A stretch of 64,000 bases of DNA, from positions 107,260,001-107,324,000 of the forward strand of contig NC_042998.1 in assembly GCF_006345805.1 (NCBI RefSeq), read 5' to 3'. How positions within the stretch are numbered: position 1 is the first letter of the stretch; each line of letters opens with the position of its first letter. The notes beneath the pieces are model-generated. The model ran no database searches. It saw only the letters and a list, made by a program, of their open reading frames with translations, and had not been told where the DNA came from. This DNA comes from Octopus sinensis (taxonomy: Eukaryota). The translations under genes and the position numbers were made by a program. Below are positions 26,200 to 41,754 of the stretch, one piece after another.

Positions 26200-27003
26200 T
26201 AAAAATGAACCAGACTGATCTCAAAAATTGAGTAAAAAAAAACTGGAGAATAATCCAGAATCTTTGTCCGGTACCTGATCGATCCCAATGGTAGTCAATG
26301 GAATGTGAAGGTGGCTGTAGAAAATTTAGTAACAGTAATAAATAGTTTATCCTTAACTGATACAAGCCAAAGTTAACAATTTCACCATTCAAAATAGTTT
26401 CAAAGGCGGAGGTAATAATAAGTTCCACTCAGGAACCTTTTGGTTTTCTCCCCTCTTAAATTCCAGCCTTCCTTTAGTATTACTGTTGTTTTAGATCGAT
26501 ATATAGCATACTGTAAAGTGTTAATATGTATGTATAATATATGTAAGTATACTGAAAAGTGTTAATATGTATGTATAATATATAATATATATATTATAAA
26601 AATATGTTAGCGTTATTTCATTTCTGAACGGTTTTTCTGCCGTTTGTTTATGTAGTTTGATTTCGTTATCCATCAGTTTCTACAAAGACAGAGCCACGAG
26701 CAAAATTAATAATTGAGAAACGAAAATAAAACTTTGGAAATAGCCTAAAGGAAGATAATTGAGAAAGACTTGAAAGTCAACGTAAGATCGTAATCTTGTA
26801 AAGTAAAGTAGATATAACAAATACTCCAGAATCCTTGTCCGGTACCGGATCGATCCCAAAATATAATCAGTTCGTGCCAGTCACAAGACCAAACATCCCT
26901 GAAAGTTTCATCCGAATCTATCCCGCGGTTCTTGAGATATCTTGTCCACGGACAAACAAACAAACACGACTGAAAACAATACCGCCGCCTTCGCTAAAGC
27001 GGA

Positions 27004-27006
<3 letters not shown>
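26200..27006 (-). mobile_element. Non-autonomous Helentron/DINE-1-like (HINE-like) repeat, apparently two tandem units
   Basis: The minus strand starts ttacctccgc with partner gcggcggta, then a GTTT/GTCC microsatellite and a gatatctc...atgaaactt core. Stem-loop aggttcc-tgagt-ggaactt lies at ~26420-26438, with a second ttacctccgcc start at ~26415. The 'gggatcgatc..gtaccggaca' block is repeated. Confidence 0.5.
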
Positions 27007-27070
<64 letters not shown>

Positions 27071-27103
27071 GTAATAATAATAATGATAATAATAATAATA
27101 ATG

Positions 27104-27160
<57 letters not shown>

Positions 27161-27176
27161 TTTTTCTGTTGTTATT

Positions 27177-27829
<653 letters not shown>

Positions 27830-29689
27830 CATATAGACTATGTAAGGCATCAATATAACTGAACGCTACAAGGACAACACACCAAGCAATAACATTTAAT
27901 ATATAAACAGAACATTTATTTACTCTTATGGAAACGATCCAACGAGGGGTCCTCAACGTTGTCACCCGACCTGAATGGAATGTCAGTCAAATCCTCTTCA
28001 AATCACACCATACTATCTTTAAAATGGAAGGGTACATTCGATAACGTTATCTTAGATGTACTATTACTGTAAAAAAGCATGGCTTGGCGCTAAACAGCAA
28101 TTCCGGTGGACTCTGTTGTAGCAGCACAGAGTAAATATATCAAAATTGTGTGTAACAGTAAACCTTAGTCAGTTCTGATACCCCTAACACTCACCGTTAA
28201 TACTAAATCATGTTTTTGTTTCTATTGACGTAACATTTAGTATGGCAACACTTAAGTTGCTATTTTAACAAAATTACCTAAATACATACAATAACTGCGT
28301 AACACTAATCTGTAACCAACTACAATAACCAGATGTTTTAATGTTAAACGTAATTCCTGCTTGGGGCAGAAACAGAATACACATAATACAAAATTACTTT
28401 TAATTCTAAATGCTAAACCGAAACGCTAAATCTAGACCTCGGCCTCATAAGCGTTGATCCTTGGACTCCAGCTGCATCTTATATTGCTAAATTAGTACAT
28501 GAAAACAGTAACGTAGCAACAGTATGCCAAATATGTACACATATTTACACACGAATATCCTACATGGAGCTAATGCATAATCTTCCGTACCACCACAATT
28601 GTGTTAGAATTGGATTTCTGTACAGCTTCTATCACTCACTTACTCTTCCGTGGACACACAGACGCACATGCAAGCCACCACCACCACCAGCACCGTTACC
28701 ATTCTGGAAAAACAACAAAAACTGCAACTATAGTAATAATTATAGCTAGTACGACAGCCACAGCAACCAGCCATGGATTAATATATGTTTAAAGAGAACT
28801 CTCAGCCTTTATGTTTTGCAACATGAAGATTAGGGTTAATATTTAAGAAATATTTGTTTTATTTTCTTAACATTTTGTTTGACTTCTGTTTAAACAATGT
28901 TCTAATAGTTTGAGTGGAACATCTCTGTTGCTATAGAAACAAGTTTATATCTGATTAATTTCATTTTTATTATTTTGAGGAAATGATATGTTTGTTTGAT
29001 ATTGGTATCATTTTGACCAGACACGAAGGGCTAATATTTGAAGGGAGAGGAAATGGCTTGTGTGACATTAATCTATTTTCTAAGGGCATTAGCAACTTAA
29101 GAGAGCTGAAATTACCTCAAATGGAGATTGTATTCTATTCTGAATGGTTAATACCATTTACTGCTTCCGAAAGTCCGTATTTGAATCACTTATTTTCTCA
29201 AGTATCCTCGAACAACCAAGTAGATAAATTTTTCAAGACTTCATTTTCTCTTTAACTCTTCGATATGTTATGGAAATAAGAAACGACTTTAAGTTATGCT
29301 AGGTGCCTAACAGGTTCCAAGTGCACCGAGCTTAAGAAAAAAACGGGATTGTATGCAGCTTGAGTACCTTTCATCATGGATCTACTCGATCAGAGATAAC
29401 CCAGAACTAGCAACCACCATCCCCACCACCACCTACAACAACGTCAACCGGGAAATAGATTCCACTTGCCCAGTAATTCATTTGCATTCTGACCCTGGCC
29501 CTGACCCTGTACCTGATGCATACAAGTAACATTTAGTCATGAGATTTCGACGTTGTGTCTGGTGCATAAATGTAACAGTTGGTCATGATTAACTCAAATA
29601 TTGGACACCGAAAACAATAATTCGGGTGATGATAAAATTATTTAAAATCTACTCGTCATCTTCACCATCTATAGAATCATCATCACCAT

Positions 29690-29920
29690 TATCTTATTTC
29701 TTTACTACCCACAAGGGGCCAAACACAGAAGGGACAAACAATGACAGACAAACGGATTAAGTCGATTATATCGACCCCAGTGCTCAACTGGTACTTATTT
29801 AATCGACCCCGAAAGGATGAAAGGCAAAGTCGACCTCGGCGGAATTTGAACTCAGAACGTGGCGGCAGACGAAATACCACTGAGCATTTCGCCCGGCGTG
29901 CTAACGATTCTGCCAGCTCG
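29690..29920 (-). mobile_element. tRNA-derived SINE family A
   Basis: Near-identical to 15590-15800. Confidence 0.85.
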
Positions 29921-30644
29921 ATCACCATTATCATCAATCGAACCATCATCATCACTGTCATCACCATCATTATCACAGTCGTCGTTAGAAAATTTACCAA
30001 CTTTATACCTTGTGAAGTGTTTGGAAAAATAAAATCAGGGAAAAAAATTTACCCATATAACAAAATATAATTAAGTAAAGACTAATAAAATTTACTAAAC
30101 AAAAGAAAGAAAGAAAAAGCGAGAAAGAGGGAGGGAGGAGAGAGAAGTTTTAAAAAATAACATTTGAGCAATTAAGGGATATGCTAGAAATAAACAAAAT
30201 AATAAAATAAAATAAAATAAAATTCTTTAAGTTAAATGACCACCAAAACGGCTCTGAGTAACAATTACCAACCATTCGTTAAAAACGCAGTTCACTTCTT
30301 AGGTAAAATAGAGTTTATATGAGAGAAAAAAAAACAATGAAGAAATAACCAGATGAGAAAATAACAACACTAACAAAAATGGCAACAGCCTTAAGGCAAC
30401 CTAATTAAAAAAAAAGGTTGAAATAATAGATAAACAAAGTTACTATTTCAAATAGGTGCTTCAAATGTATCTTGAAATAGTCACTGATCAAATGGGATTA
30501 ATTTATTGTTGGGTTCAGTGAAACGAATTTCCGAAAATAGAAACACACACGCACACACACAGAGTTAAATATGAAGACATACCTAGACACACACAAACAT
30601 GCGCACTATATATATATTATATATATAAAATTGCATACATATAT

Positions 30645-30712
<68 letters not shown>

Positions 30713-32189
30713 AGAGAGAGAGAGAGAGAGAGAGATTCATATAAATATACATATATAAATATATATATATACTTATTTATTTATTTACTTAAACTTGTAT
30801 ATACCCTTATTTTTCATATATACATATGTATGTATATGTATGTATTTATATGCATGTATATGTGTGTGTATGTATATATCTATATGTGTTTATATGATAT
30901 ACATATATATGTGTGGGTGTGTGTGTCTGTGTGTGGCTGTGTGTGTGTCTGTGTATGTGTGTATATTTATGTATATACATATATATGTATGTGTGTATAT
31001 ATGTTTATATACACACACATACACACAAACACGCACGGACACACACACACATACACGTGCGCGTGTGCATATGCATATGCACCAACACGAGCGTGCCAGG
31101 GCGTGAGAGCTGACCTGAAACTAATGCTAAAGTGGGTAAAACATTTTTACTAACATACATAGGTAATGTATAGATATACGGATGTTAATATATCTATACG
31201 TGTGTATGTATACGTACGACAGGATAAGCTTCTGTAACGTTTTACATACTTTTTATAGTTGTATTAATTACTTGCAATTGTAATTTTATAATTAGCAGTG
31301 GGTATGTATGCATATATATGGGAAGCAGTAGCTATATGTATGTGAGTACATATATAGTTACCAGATGCAGGTAAAACATACACTTCCCCTTACATACAAA
31401 CATTCATACATACATACATATATATATATATATTAATTATTTTTATTTTTATGTTTTGGTGTATGTTTTTCACTGTTTGATTTGCCTAATAGTGGTTTTA
31501 TCTCTAATTTAATTTATATATATATATATATATATATATACATACATATATACATATATATATACAGGTATGTGTATGTAATAAAGAAAAATATATAGTG
31601 TGTCTACACATACTCTACTGTTAAAAAATAATGCAAAAGTGAGCATAACACTTCTATTACCTAACTTTATTAAGAAACGAATAGCTGAAGGAATGCTCAA
31701 CACAGTGTAGACTGCAATAGTCTATTTAAGCCGGTCCCGTAGCATGTTATTCTGGAGTTTCCGTGGCGTGTAGCCGCTTCTCTACATAAGTCAAACTAGC
31801 CCAGCTTGATTTGTCTGAAGAAGCAGCTACACACCGTGGAAACTGCAGTAACATACTATTGGACAGCTTAAATAAATTACGTGCGTGTGTATGTGTGTAT
31901 GCGTATGTGTCTGTGTGTCTGTGTCTGTCTGTGTGCGTGTGTGTGTTCGTATTTGTATGTGTGTGCGCGCTAGCGACAAGAGCAGATCTGTAACGAATAT
32001 TAATTACCACATCCAATCTATCTTTGATGAGTCGTTTATAACGCCTACGACTGCGAAAAACGTCCCGAGAAATCATCTCGTATGAATGACAAATGCTTAA
32101 AAAGCAACAATTATATGTGACAAAATTTCGTCAGCACCGACGGATGGCGCAATCTTAATACCCGATTGCTGTTGTTTTTCGCCAATAGA

Positions 32190-33050
32190 GAACACTTCCT
32201 CCCATTAGATGATGTGCGTTAAGCACCACCAGCCAATAATTCGCTGATTTCTATAAACAACTCTATTGATGGGTTCCATAGATGAAATTTGCATTTGAGG
32301 TAGGTAGCGTGATGAAAGTTGAAAGGGAACTTCTGAAAAAATATTCCCAGCCTGATGATCGGAGATTAACTCCTCGACAATTTGCACAACTCTTCTGCAA
32401 CAGGGATATTAGTTCTCATTATGAAGGATATTTTTTGACTAATATAACAGCAAGAAATAACGAATATCTAATGCGGAAAAGGGATAGAAATGCAAGTAAA
32501 CCAATCGGATGCGATAATCAATACAAACTCCCAGGAACTAACTCTGATGATGTCACTCACACTAGTAGATGTCCGAGAATGTCATCACGGTATGATGTGG
32601 TCAAAATATTCTACATTGTAGTCCGTAGAAAGGATATTCCTGATGAGAGAAATATAAGATGTAGGTGACATAATCATTCAAGATAAAAAAAAAATATCGG
32701 TGGACTCTTTTTGTCAAGACCGTAATAAAATGCAACCATAACAGATCAGATATAATGATCTGGGGCCCGACGAAAGAAATTACGCACAATAGTAGAAATC
32801 AGTTGCCCAGCAGATGCTAAAATAATGAAAAAGAAAACATGTATACGGAACTAATGAAAAATCTGTAATTATTCTACTTGGACTATAACTTTGGATTTAT
32901 ACCAATGAGACACCTGGTTACATGACTAATTGCTACACCACCATTTTTGATAAACTAAAACTAAAAAGATCACGACTAATAAAGAAACATCAGCTATAAA
33001 CCATTAGAGGGATTGTGAAGTTATGTAAAGCATTCCATAAGTTTGGTATG
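32190..33050 (+). mobile_element. Highly decayed RLE non-LTR retrotransposon 3' fragment
   Basis: SSHYEGYF...EYLMRKRDR...CDNQYKL...DDVTH...CPRMS (knuckle region) and KCNHNRSDIMIW...VEISCPAD (RLE-like, frameshifted). Confidence 0.6.
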
Positions 33051-33077
33051 TAATAAATGCATATACACATGTGTGTG

Positions 33078-33375
33078 AAGGCGATTGGCTTAGTGGTTAG
33101 GGCATTCAGCTCATGGTCGGCCGTGAGTTCGATAAGTTGTCTCCTTGAACAAGACGCTTTATTTCACATTGCTCCAGTCCACTCAGTTGGCGAAAATGAG
33201 CAGTACTTCTTTTTCAAAGGGCCAGCCTTGTCACATCCTGTGTCATTCTGAATCTCCCTGAGAACTACGTGTGCCTGTGGAGTGCTCAGTCACTTGCACG
33301 TTAATTTCACGAGCAGGTTATTCCATTGATCGGACCAGGTAGAACTCACGTTGTAACCGATGAAGTGCCAGTTTG
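33078..33375 (+). mobile_element. tRNA-derived SINE (family C)
   Basis: A-box tggcttagtggttagg, B-box gagttcgat, then ccttgaacaagacgcttt...gctccagtccactcag. Confidence 0.6.
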
Positions 33376-35047
33376 TTTTTTACACGTGTAGAAACGCAAA
33401 CAGATAAATATGTACGCATACATAAGTCAAAACATAGGTCAACGTGTGCTATGACATCTATACCTCTACATATATACATACATGTGCACATATACATGTA
33501 CAAACATATATGTTTATATGCATACATACGTACAAGCACACGTGCATACATATATACATGCATACACACATACATGCGAGTATACATGCATTGATGAATG
33601 TTAGAAACCGCTACTTTCTTCATTAACGAGAAATTCGAGAAAGAAAACTAGTACATGCTTTCTTTTTTCCAATAAGTCAATAAATCAATCAACCAATGGG
33701 TCAATGAAACTGTATCCAATTTTCATTTAGACGTCCCCGTATCTTAGTATTCCTCTATACATCTATATAATTCTCTATCTGAAATCTCTGCACCACTGTC
33801 CAACTATTCCAAACGTGCTGAAAACAAACAGATTATCAAACAAACAAAAAATGTTAGGATAAAGCCTACCAAAAGAAGAAGGATTAATGTGTCACCTTTA
33901 TCCATTAAAGATAACAATCCAGAACAATTTAATCGATATTGCTAGGAAAGTTATATTAGAGTTTGACGTTAAATAGAAATAAAACTGGCGTAAATCTTCA
34001 GACACCATACTAAGCTGCATATAAAATTACACAGTAATCCGTGTGGAAATTGATAATTTGCGATGTGTTGTCTTTATGGTAATCAACGACATAAACTCAC
34101 TTATATCTACAATGACATATACTCGAACACATACACACATATGAGTATATGAATGCATGTATATGTATATATGTATGTATGACTATATGTATGTATGCTA
34201 CTTACTGATATAACAATCAACATATGAGATGTGCTAAGAAACATCAAGAAACATCATCCCCTCGCAGACATTAAATCAAGACGTTCGTTAGAAAATATAG
34301 AGAATCTTTTGAGAATCGCATAAGAAAGAGAACCACATCAAATGGATAAGTCCCAATGGATATATCCCAAGTACCTCAGCTTTGTGCTTTATTTATAACC
34401 TCACAGTTTACGCATGCTTAGTCTGCTAAATCTTTCTCCAGCATAAGTACACCCAAGCGACATTGAATACAAGTCTCTGACAACCGTAATATAATTGGAT
34501 TATATGAATTTTCCCCTGTTTAAATAAATCTGAACGGAGACGCTGTTCCATGTCACTGAGATAACCAGAAACAAATATCGAACAGAAAATTCTTTAATTT
34601 ACATTAAATTATACAGTGGAAGTGAATGTCACGGACCAGATTGTAAGGGAACGCTGAAAGACGTTGATATTTAATAATACCTTATACTATTACAAAATGA
34701 AGACAAAAATGAACATAACAGGATATGCGTAAATGGCTACCATGACGCAAAGAAATCTCAGACGTTATCATTTGACAAACAAGTACAGCTCCGAAATGAA
34801 TGTTGTAATAATGAATTTCAAATGAATTATTACAGAACAAGAAAATTAAAAATTTAACTAAATTATAATATACGTTCATCTTTAAAGAAGTAATTCTAAC
34901 TAATTAAAATTTATTGGTTTACTACATCATATATGCTTTGAGCTTACTTTACGCCATTTTCTAGAATATACATGTGTATATGTATGTGTATATGGGTGGG
35001 TTTGGAGAAACAGACAAATAGAAAAAGAAAGAGGAAGCAGATAAATA

Positions 35048-35119
<72 letters not shown>

Positions 35120-35165
35120 ATATATATAAGCACACTCATGTACATATGCACATATGCGCATAACC

Positions 35166-35236
<71 letters not shown>

Positions 35237-35668
35237 AACCACATATGTGGTTACGCATGTGTGTGCATGTGTACAACTGAGGCAATGTCGGAATTGTTTA
35301 AGCAGGTGACTACAATATATGCTTATTGATGTAATTTTGAGATTCATATTCACTAAATAGTCATCGGGTTATTGAGAGAGAGGCGTGGATATTTTGTATA
35401 ACAGGACATAAAATGCAAGTTGACATTTCTGCTTCATCTATGACATTTTATCAGACAGAAATATTTATTCATAGATATGTGTACTGGAAAAATATACGGA
35501 TAAGTATATATGACAAAACTGCAAGTGTCTAAGTGTATTTTACATTTCTTATATAGTATTGATAGAAATGACACAGTGATGAGCCGTTATAGAATAGGAA
35601 CACCATAATATAGATTGGCAAATAAAATGTCTAGTCACTGATTTGCGAAACATGAAAATAAAATGTCA

Positions 35669-36075
35669 GGCGCAGGCATAGCTGTGTAGTAAGAATCTTG
35701 CTTATCAACCACATGGTTCCGGGTTCGATCCCATTGCGTGGTACCTTGGGTAAAGATATTCTACAATAGTCTCGGACTGACCAAAGCCTTGTGAGTGGCT
35801 TTGGCAGATAGAAACTGAAAGAAGTCCGTCGTGTAAATATATATATGTGTGTGTGTGAGTGTGTGTGTGTGTGTTTGTCACATCACCACCACCACCATTG
35901 CTTGACAACCGATGTTGGTGTATTTACGTCCCGTAACTTGGCGATTCAGCAAAAGATCCAGAATAAGTACTAAGCTTACAAAGAATAAGTCCTGGATTTC
36001 TTCGACTAAACCCTTTAAGGCAGTGCTGCAGCATGGCCGCAGTCAAATGACTGAAACATGTAAAAGAATAAAAAA
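35669..36075 (+). mobile_element. tRNA-derived SINE family B (CORE-like domain)
   Basis: ggcgcagg...gggttcgatccc (B-box)...ccttgggtaa..., an internal (TG)n, and a tail gactgaaac...aaaagaata. Other copies lie at ~38268-39018(-), 41755-42115, 61620-62030 and 62260-62715. Confidence 0.8.
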
Positions 36076-36078
36076 GTA

Positions 36079-36168
<90 letters not shown>

Positions 36169-38129
36169 TGTATGTATGTATGTATGTATGTATGTATGTG
36201 TGTGTGTATGTATGTATAAATGTCCGGAACGCGAATTTAAAAACATGAAAAATGAAAGTGCTTTCACACAAAATACACACTTGACATAAAATACGTACTA
36301 TCTTTTAATTATTTTTATTATTTTATGCGACCTTACTGGAGCACTGACTTGAATATTTAGTCGAATGAATCGATCCCTGTACCTCGGGCGTGTGTGTGTG
36401 TGCGTGCGTGCTTACGTACGTATGCCTTTGCGTCTATGTTTATCCCCACTACCACTTGACAACCGGTGTTGGTGTGTTTATGACAACCGGTGTTGGTGTG
36501 TTTATGACAATCGGTGTTGGTGTGTTTATGTCCCTGTAACTTAGCGGTTCTGCAAAAGAGACCGATAGCATAAGTCGCAAACTTAAAAAGGAAAAGAAGT
36601 ACTGGGATCGATTTATTCCCATCAAGGTTGTGCCCCAGCACACTCACAATCCAATGGGAAAATAATAAGATATATAATCCGGAACACCCAAATAAAACCC
36701 TACAGTCACTAAAACACAATGACTCAACGTCCCTGATGATCTTTTATAGCGACGTCATTTGCATAGCATAAATCCAAAAGAATATCTTGCTACCACCAGA
36801 AAACCAGAAAATACTTTAACTCTGATTAGTTACTAGTCTTTTACAAACCTCAAGCATGATCTAAAATGGAGTATTATTTACACGTCAGGGAAGGTGTTTG
36901 AGCACCCGACAGACTGACAAAAATTCACTTACAAACACACAGAAACTATTGACCTATAGATCTGCTACCATCTTTCTTTGCTTGTTCTGTTTTACTTACA
37001 ACGCATTCTGGTAGCTTGAAATAGCTTGTTGCATATCGCTTCTCTTCAAGTCCACCTGAGACATCCAAGTCTGCTACTCTCAACACTACTGATATGCCTC
37101 AGCTCCACGTCCATCACTTTTTACGGTTCTTTTATCTATACTTTCAATACTCATTAATTGAGGATAATGATCGTTGAAATTTATTGTGAGATTCCATGCT
37201 GAATTTTCTAAATTTTGTAGATAAATGAATTGCTGTCAAGCAATATGTCTCTAGATAATATTTTAAATTTAAATTTCAAATTTTCAATTATGCTAAAAAG
37301 GAAAGCACAAATTTAAATATGAAGCTGCTAAATATGTAATTGTAACGTATACACATGTATATGAGAAAAACAGGTCAATATTTTTACACGTCATCAATCA
37401 CAGAATTTTTGTGACAAACAATTAATCCACCAATCCACAATCATCGAATGCAACAATTTAGTCACAGATAATAACAATCAATCATTATGTTATAAAATAA
37501 TATGATATAGTACAGATATATATCTCCTTAATGCAAGCACAGAATATGGGAATATATATTCATATCCCCGCAGTTTAAATCTATGTAAGCAACGTTCTAA
37601 ATAAATGCATCATTCATACACAGAAAAGTAATTGAATGATTATTTTTCCTGTGATTTGCATAATGCTTTCAGCATGTATAAGGAGGGGTGTATTGTTATA
37701 CTTCATGCATAAGCCTTCTCATCACAAGAGCAAGATATAGTTATTAAGGTTCTCGTGAAAGAGTAATTTTGTTGTTTTTTGTCCAAGGTCTTCATTATTT
37801 TGAAATTTTCCTTAGTAAAAACCAAATATTCTAGTTAAAAAATGTATTAAAGAGATAAAGTCAGGGATTATACCAGGACCTTGGAAAATAATAATGGTAG
37901 ACAAATGTAAGGAGCTGTTATTTTTGCCCATAAATCAAGGTTTCAAGAATTTCATACATAAATATTTTCTTCGTTTAAAAATTTATAGAAAAGACAAGAT
38001 GATTTGATTTTTTAAATCTTATTTGCTGTAAAATTAAATTTATCCCTGTACAATTTGAATGGTGCTCTGCAATTACTTTTTCCATAATTATGGAAGCCTG
38101 CAATTACGCTAAAGAAAGAGAAGCCCTTT

Positions 38130-38215
38130 AAATCTAACATACATTATATAAAAATCTAACATAGATTATATAAAAATCTAACATAGATTATAAAGATCTA
38201 ACAGATTATATAAAA
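38130..38215. repeat. ~20-bp minisatellite x4 (aaatctaacatagattatat)
   Basis: Direct inspection. Confidence 0.8.
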
Positions 38216-38267
38216 CTTATTCACTTTTTATCAGTAACTCACTAAAATTATTTTTGTGATTCATTTA

Positions 38268-38824
38268 CTCTTTACTCTTTTACTTGTTTCAGTCATTTGA
38301 CTGCGGCCATGCTGGAGCACCGCCTTTAGTCGAGCAAATCGGCCCCTGGACTTATTCTTTGTAAGCCCAGTACTTATTCTATCGGTCTCTTTTTGCCGAA
38401 CCGCTAAGTGACGGGGACGTAAACACACCAGCATCGGTTGTCAAGCAATGCTAGAGGGACAAACACAGACACACAAACACACACACACACACACATATAT
38501 ATTCTCTTTTTCTTTCTCTTTTCTCTTTTACTTGTTTCAGTCATTTGACTGCGGCCATGCTGGAGCACCGCCTTTAATCGAGCAACTCGACCCCGGGACT
38601 TATTCTTTTTTTTTAAGCCCAGTACTTATTCTATCGGTCTCTTTTGCTGAACTGCTAAGTAACGGGGACGTAAACACACCAGCATCGGTTGTCAAGCAAT
38701 GCTAGGGGGACAAACACAAACATACATGCACACAAACACACACATATATATATACATATATACGACAGGCTTCTTTCAGTTTCCGTCTACCAAATCCACT
38801 CACAAGGCTTTGGTCGACCCGAGG

Positions 38825-38856
<32 letters not shown>

Positions 38857-39018
38857 GACAGGCTTCTTTCAGTTTCCGTCTACCAAATCCACTTACAAGG
38901 CATTGGTCGGCCCAGGGCTATAGCAGAAGACACTTGCCCAAGATGCCACGCAGTGGGACTGAACCCGGAACCATGTGGTTGGTTAGCAAGCTACTTACCA
39001 CACAGCCACTCCTGCGCC
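38268..39018 (-). mobile_element. SINE family B with duplicated internal and 3' segments
   Basis: The head ends 'cacagccactcctgcgcc' at 39018. 38275-38490 is repeated at 38520-38750, and 38760-38825 at 38853-38920. Confidence 0.85.
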
Positions 39019-39730
39019 ATTTATAATAAAATACTAATGGACCTCGGTCCATTAGTATTTTATGTGATCGCTCAACCTGCTGGAAATAGCAACCAAATCT
39101 TCCTCAAATCACACCTTGCCATCTTCAAAAATTGACACACTAGATGCTGTAATTCAAGATACACAATTCTTAAAGAATAACGGGATGGTGATGACTGAAA
39201 TCTTTTTGATCGTAAAGAATTGATTCAGGAATGTAACGAATGTACTGCAATGTAGATGGAATTTTTTTTTGCTAAGATATCCAAATAATAACGACCAAAC
39301 ACAGTTCAATTAGGGTAAAGAAAACAAGAACAGATAATGTATATCCGGTGTCAGTTGCCAGTTAATATCTAACTTATGTCAAAAGGAAATTGATAAAATA
39401 GCGTAAGGATCAACTTCTGAAAAAAATTCAACTGTTGTAATGTTTAATTATCAGTTTTTATTTGAACCCATAATCAATGCTCACAAAATATTTCCACTGA
39501 GAGCTTTGGAAGCAGAAAACAGCCAATACAAATTACCTAAACCCGAGCTAAGACTGAAACGGTAATAATGCGTAAGTCGAACCTAAAAATCATTTTTTGT
39601 CTCGGAAATTATCAGCAAAATTATCTTGCCAAACTTTATTAAACAGAAAGATACATACAGTCACCATCCACACACATACATTTACATAAATTCACACACG
39701 CATATGCACAGCATATATATATATAATATA

Positions 39731-39795
<65 letters not shown>

Positions 39796-39796
39796 C

Positions 39797-39832
<36 letters not shown>

Positions 39833-39838
<6 letters not shown>

Positions 39839-40095
39839 ATATGTGACAATTATTCAATAGCCAAGATAAAACTCTGAGTTTCGGATGCCGAGATGGAAAT
39901 CCACAACACCGTCTCTTCGGTTATCTGGCCAACCGAAGAGATGGTGTTGTGGATTTCCACCTCGGTATCCGAAACTCAGAGTTTTATCTTGGCTATTGAA
40001 TAATTGTCACATATTATTTTACAGATAAATTTCCTCTATTTACATAATATTGAGGTCTCTTTCTTTCTTTTGTTATCTTACCCTTTTTACCAATA
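39833..40095. mobile_element. Near-perfect 90-bp-arm palindrome of an HHR-bearing pLTR-like unit, plus tail, inside (TA)n
   Basis: Arms 39833-39922 / 39931-40020 with an 8-nt loop. Minus arm: agataa CCGAAGA...GAAAC tcaga GTT ttatct (stem I agataa/ttatct). Confidence 0.75.
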
Positions 40096-40105
40096 TACAT
40101 ATATA

Positions 40106-40146
<41 letters not shown>

Positions 40147-40559
40147 AGTATGTTTCTCTAAATCTAATTTCCTCGGATATTACTTGAAATTTCCCACATA
40201 TTACTTGAACATAGACATGTAATCCTTGAATTGTCCTAGAGTTTGACCATTTTCCACTTCTGTTCTGACTTCAACTCGGCAATGAAGGGCTTTCAATACT
40301 CTGGGTTACAGTTCCCTAAAAGTTTGCTTGTGTAGTCATTATCGAAAGTGGAGCCTAGCTCCCTCAACTCGGCCTCTAATAGATATTAGTTGATTTGTTT
40401 GTTTTTGTATTTGTTTTGTTTTGATTCTGTTTTGTTTTGATTTTAACATTAAACCGAACACATCAGTTTTCCTTTTTTGGACCTCTGCAAAGTTGAAGCA
40501 CTCTGAGTTTTCTTTTGCTTATGTTTTACTTGTCTTCGGTCTGGACTCGTTATTTCTTC

Positions 40560-41290
40560 TTTGTGCCTTTTTATAATTTTTGTCCCCAACAATTTTTACA
40601 CCTCTACAGTTTTAATTTCCTAAGATGATGTGATGGCATTGTTCATCACAGCAGCTAACCAAGTCTTGGTACTTTGTATCTTTGGCTGTCTCTGTTTCCC
40701 GTAGGTCAGTGGACTAGATGACTTCTTACGCTGTTTATCCTTGTGTTCGATTAGTGTGACAGTGACATCCATGATGTCCCCAAAACTTACAGTTGTTGTT
40801 GTCGCCTTTGCTATTATTCGCTGTCCCTTTTCCTAGTCTACTTCTCCTTTTCTTCTGCGAAAAATCCTTCGTGTAACTTTTATTCCCGCACGTTTAACAA
40901 CCGACGCTTCGAACTTGAACTATCAGTCTGAATGCCGTCATCTCTGCTCCACCAATGGCATAAGAGTCTAGGATATTTTTGTAGTCTTCTGGAGTCATCA
41001 AGACATGCATGATACTGAAAACCCCACATGTTTCTTGAGCTCCCTTTGGACCAGGGGGATGATGATGACATCGACTTACCTCCTCATCACAAAATTGCTG
41101 ACCTTGTACATAATCAGAAAACGTCGTTGTTTGCGATGAACGGACGTCTTTAACAGAGCCCAAGAAAATAGATTGTTCCGGAGAATGGCGAGGGAGATGC
41201 ATTGGAACAGCCATTCCGACTCTCGGAGTTCGCACTTACCGATAGCCATCTCCGCCTCCATGACGATGAGCGGGGATATTGATAACTGAA
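40560..41290 (-). mobile_element. Highly decayed HERO-like RLE non-LTR retrotransposon remnant
   Basis: Fragments in expected order across frames: SSSWRRRWLSVSANS...NASPSPFSG (cf. LRRWLGLP...NxLxLPFSG), DEEVSR, NMWG..ACL..KNILDS (knuckle region), ..KYQDLVSCC (RLE end). Based on recalled family motifs. Confidence 0.45.
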
Positions 41291-41754
41291 ATTGAGTGGG
41301 CAGATACAGTTGTAAATGCAAGAACTTAAATTTTGGCAAACACAATTGAGATAAAGTAAAATAAATACAAATGAAAGAGAGAATGTTAACAAGAGTGAAC
41401 CGTCTTAAATCACTCATAAACAATGTTTTGTAAAAATAAAGACATGAAGAAACATGGGAATACAAAAATGCAAAAGCAGGATAACGGGCTAATTGTCTTA
41501 AAGTTATATATTAGTAAAAAAAACCAAACAGGCCATATTTTGAATGGGTGCGGTAAAATTTATTTTCCAGGACTCTGTTAAAGGCATCCTTTCATTGCAA
41601 ATAACAATAAGTTTTTTCTGATTATATACAAGATTGGAAATTTTGAGAAGAGAAGGCAATCGACCTTAGTAATTGAGTGTTGTTTTTTGTTATTTTTTCA
41701 TTCAACCTTAAAAGGACGAAAAGCAAAGTTGACTCAGGCACGATTTGAACTCAA

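Noticed and set aside
36460-36530. Short direct repeats (23 bp x3; also 38130-38215) as possible CRISPR-like arrays
   Set aside because: There are no unique spacers; these are simple tandem duplications in eukaryotic repeat DNA.
36920-37070. Minus-strand AG...GTAAGT pairs suggesting small exons
   Set aside because: No recognisable peptide; unsupported without transcript data.
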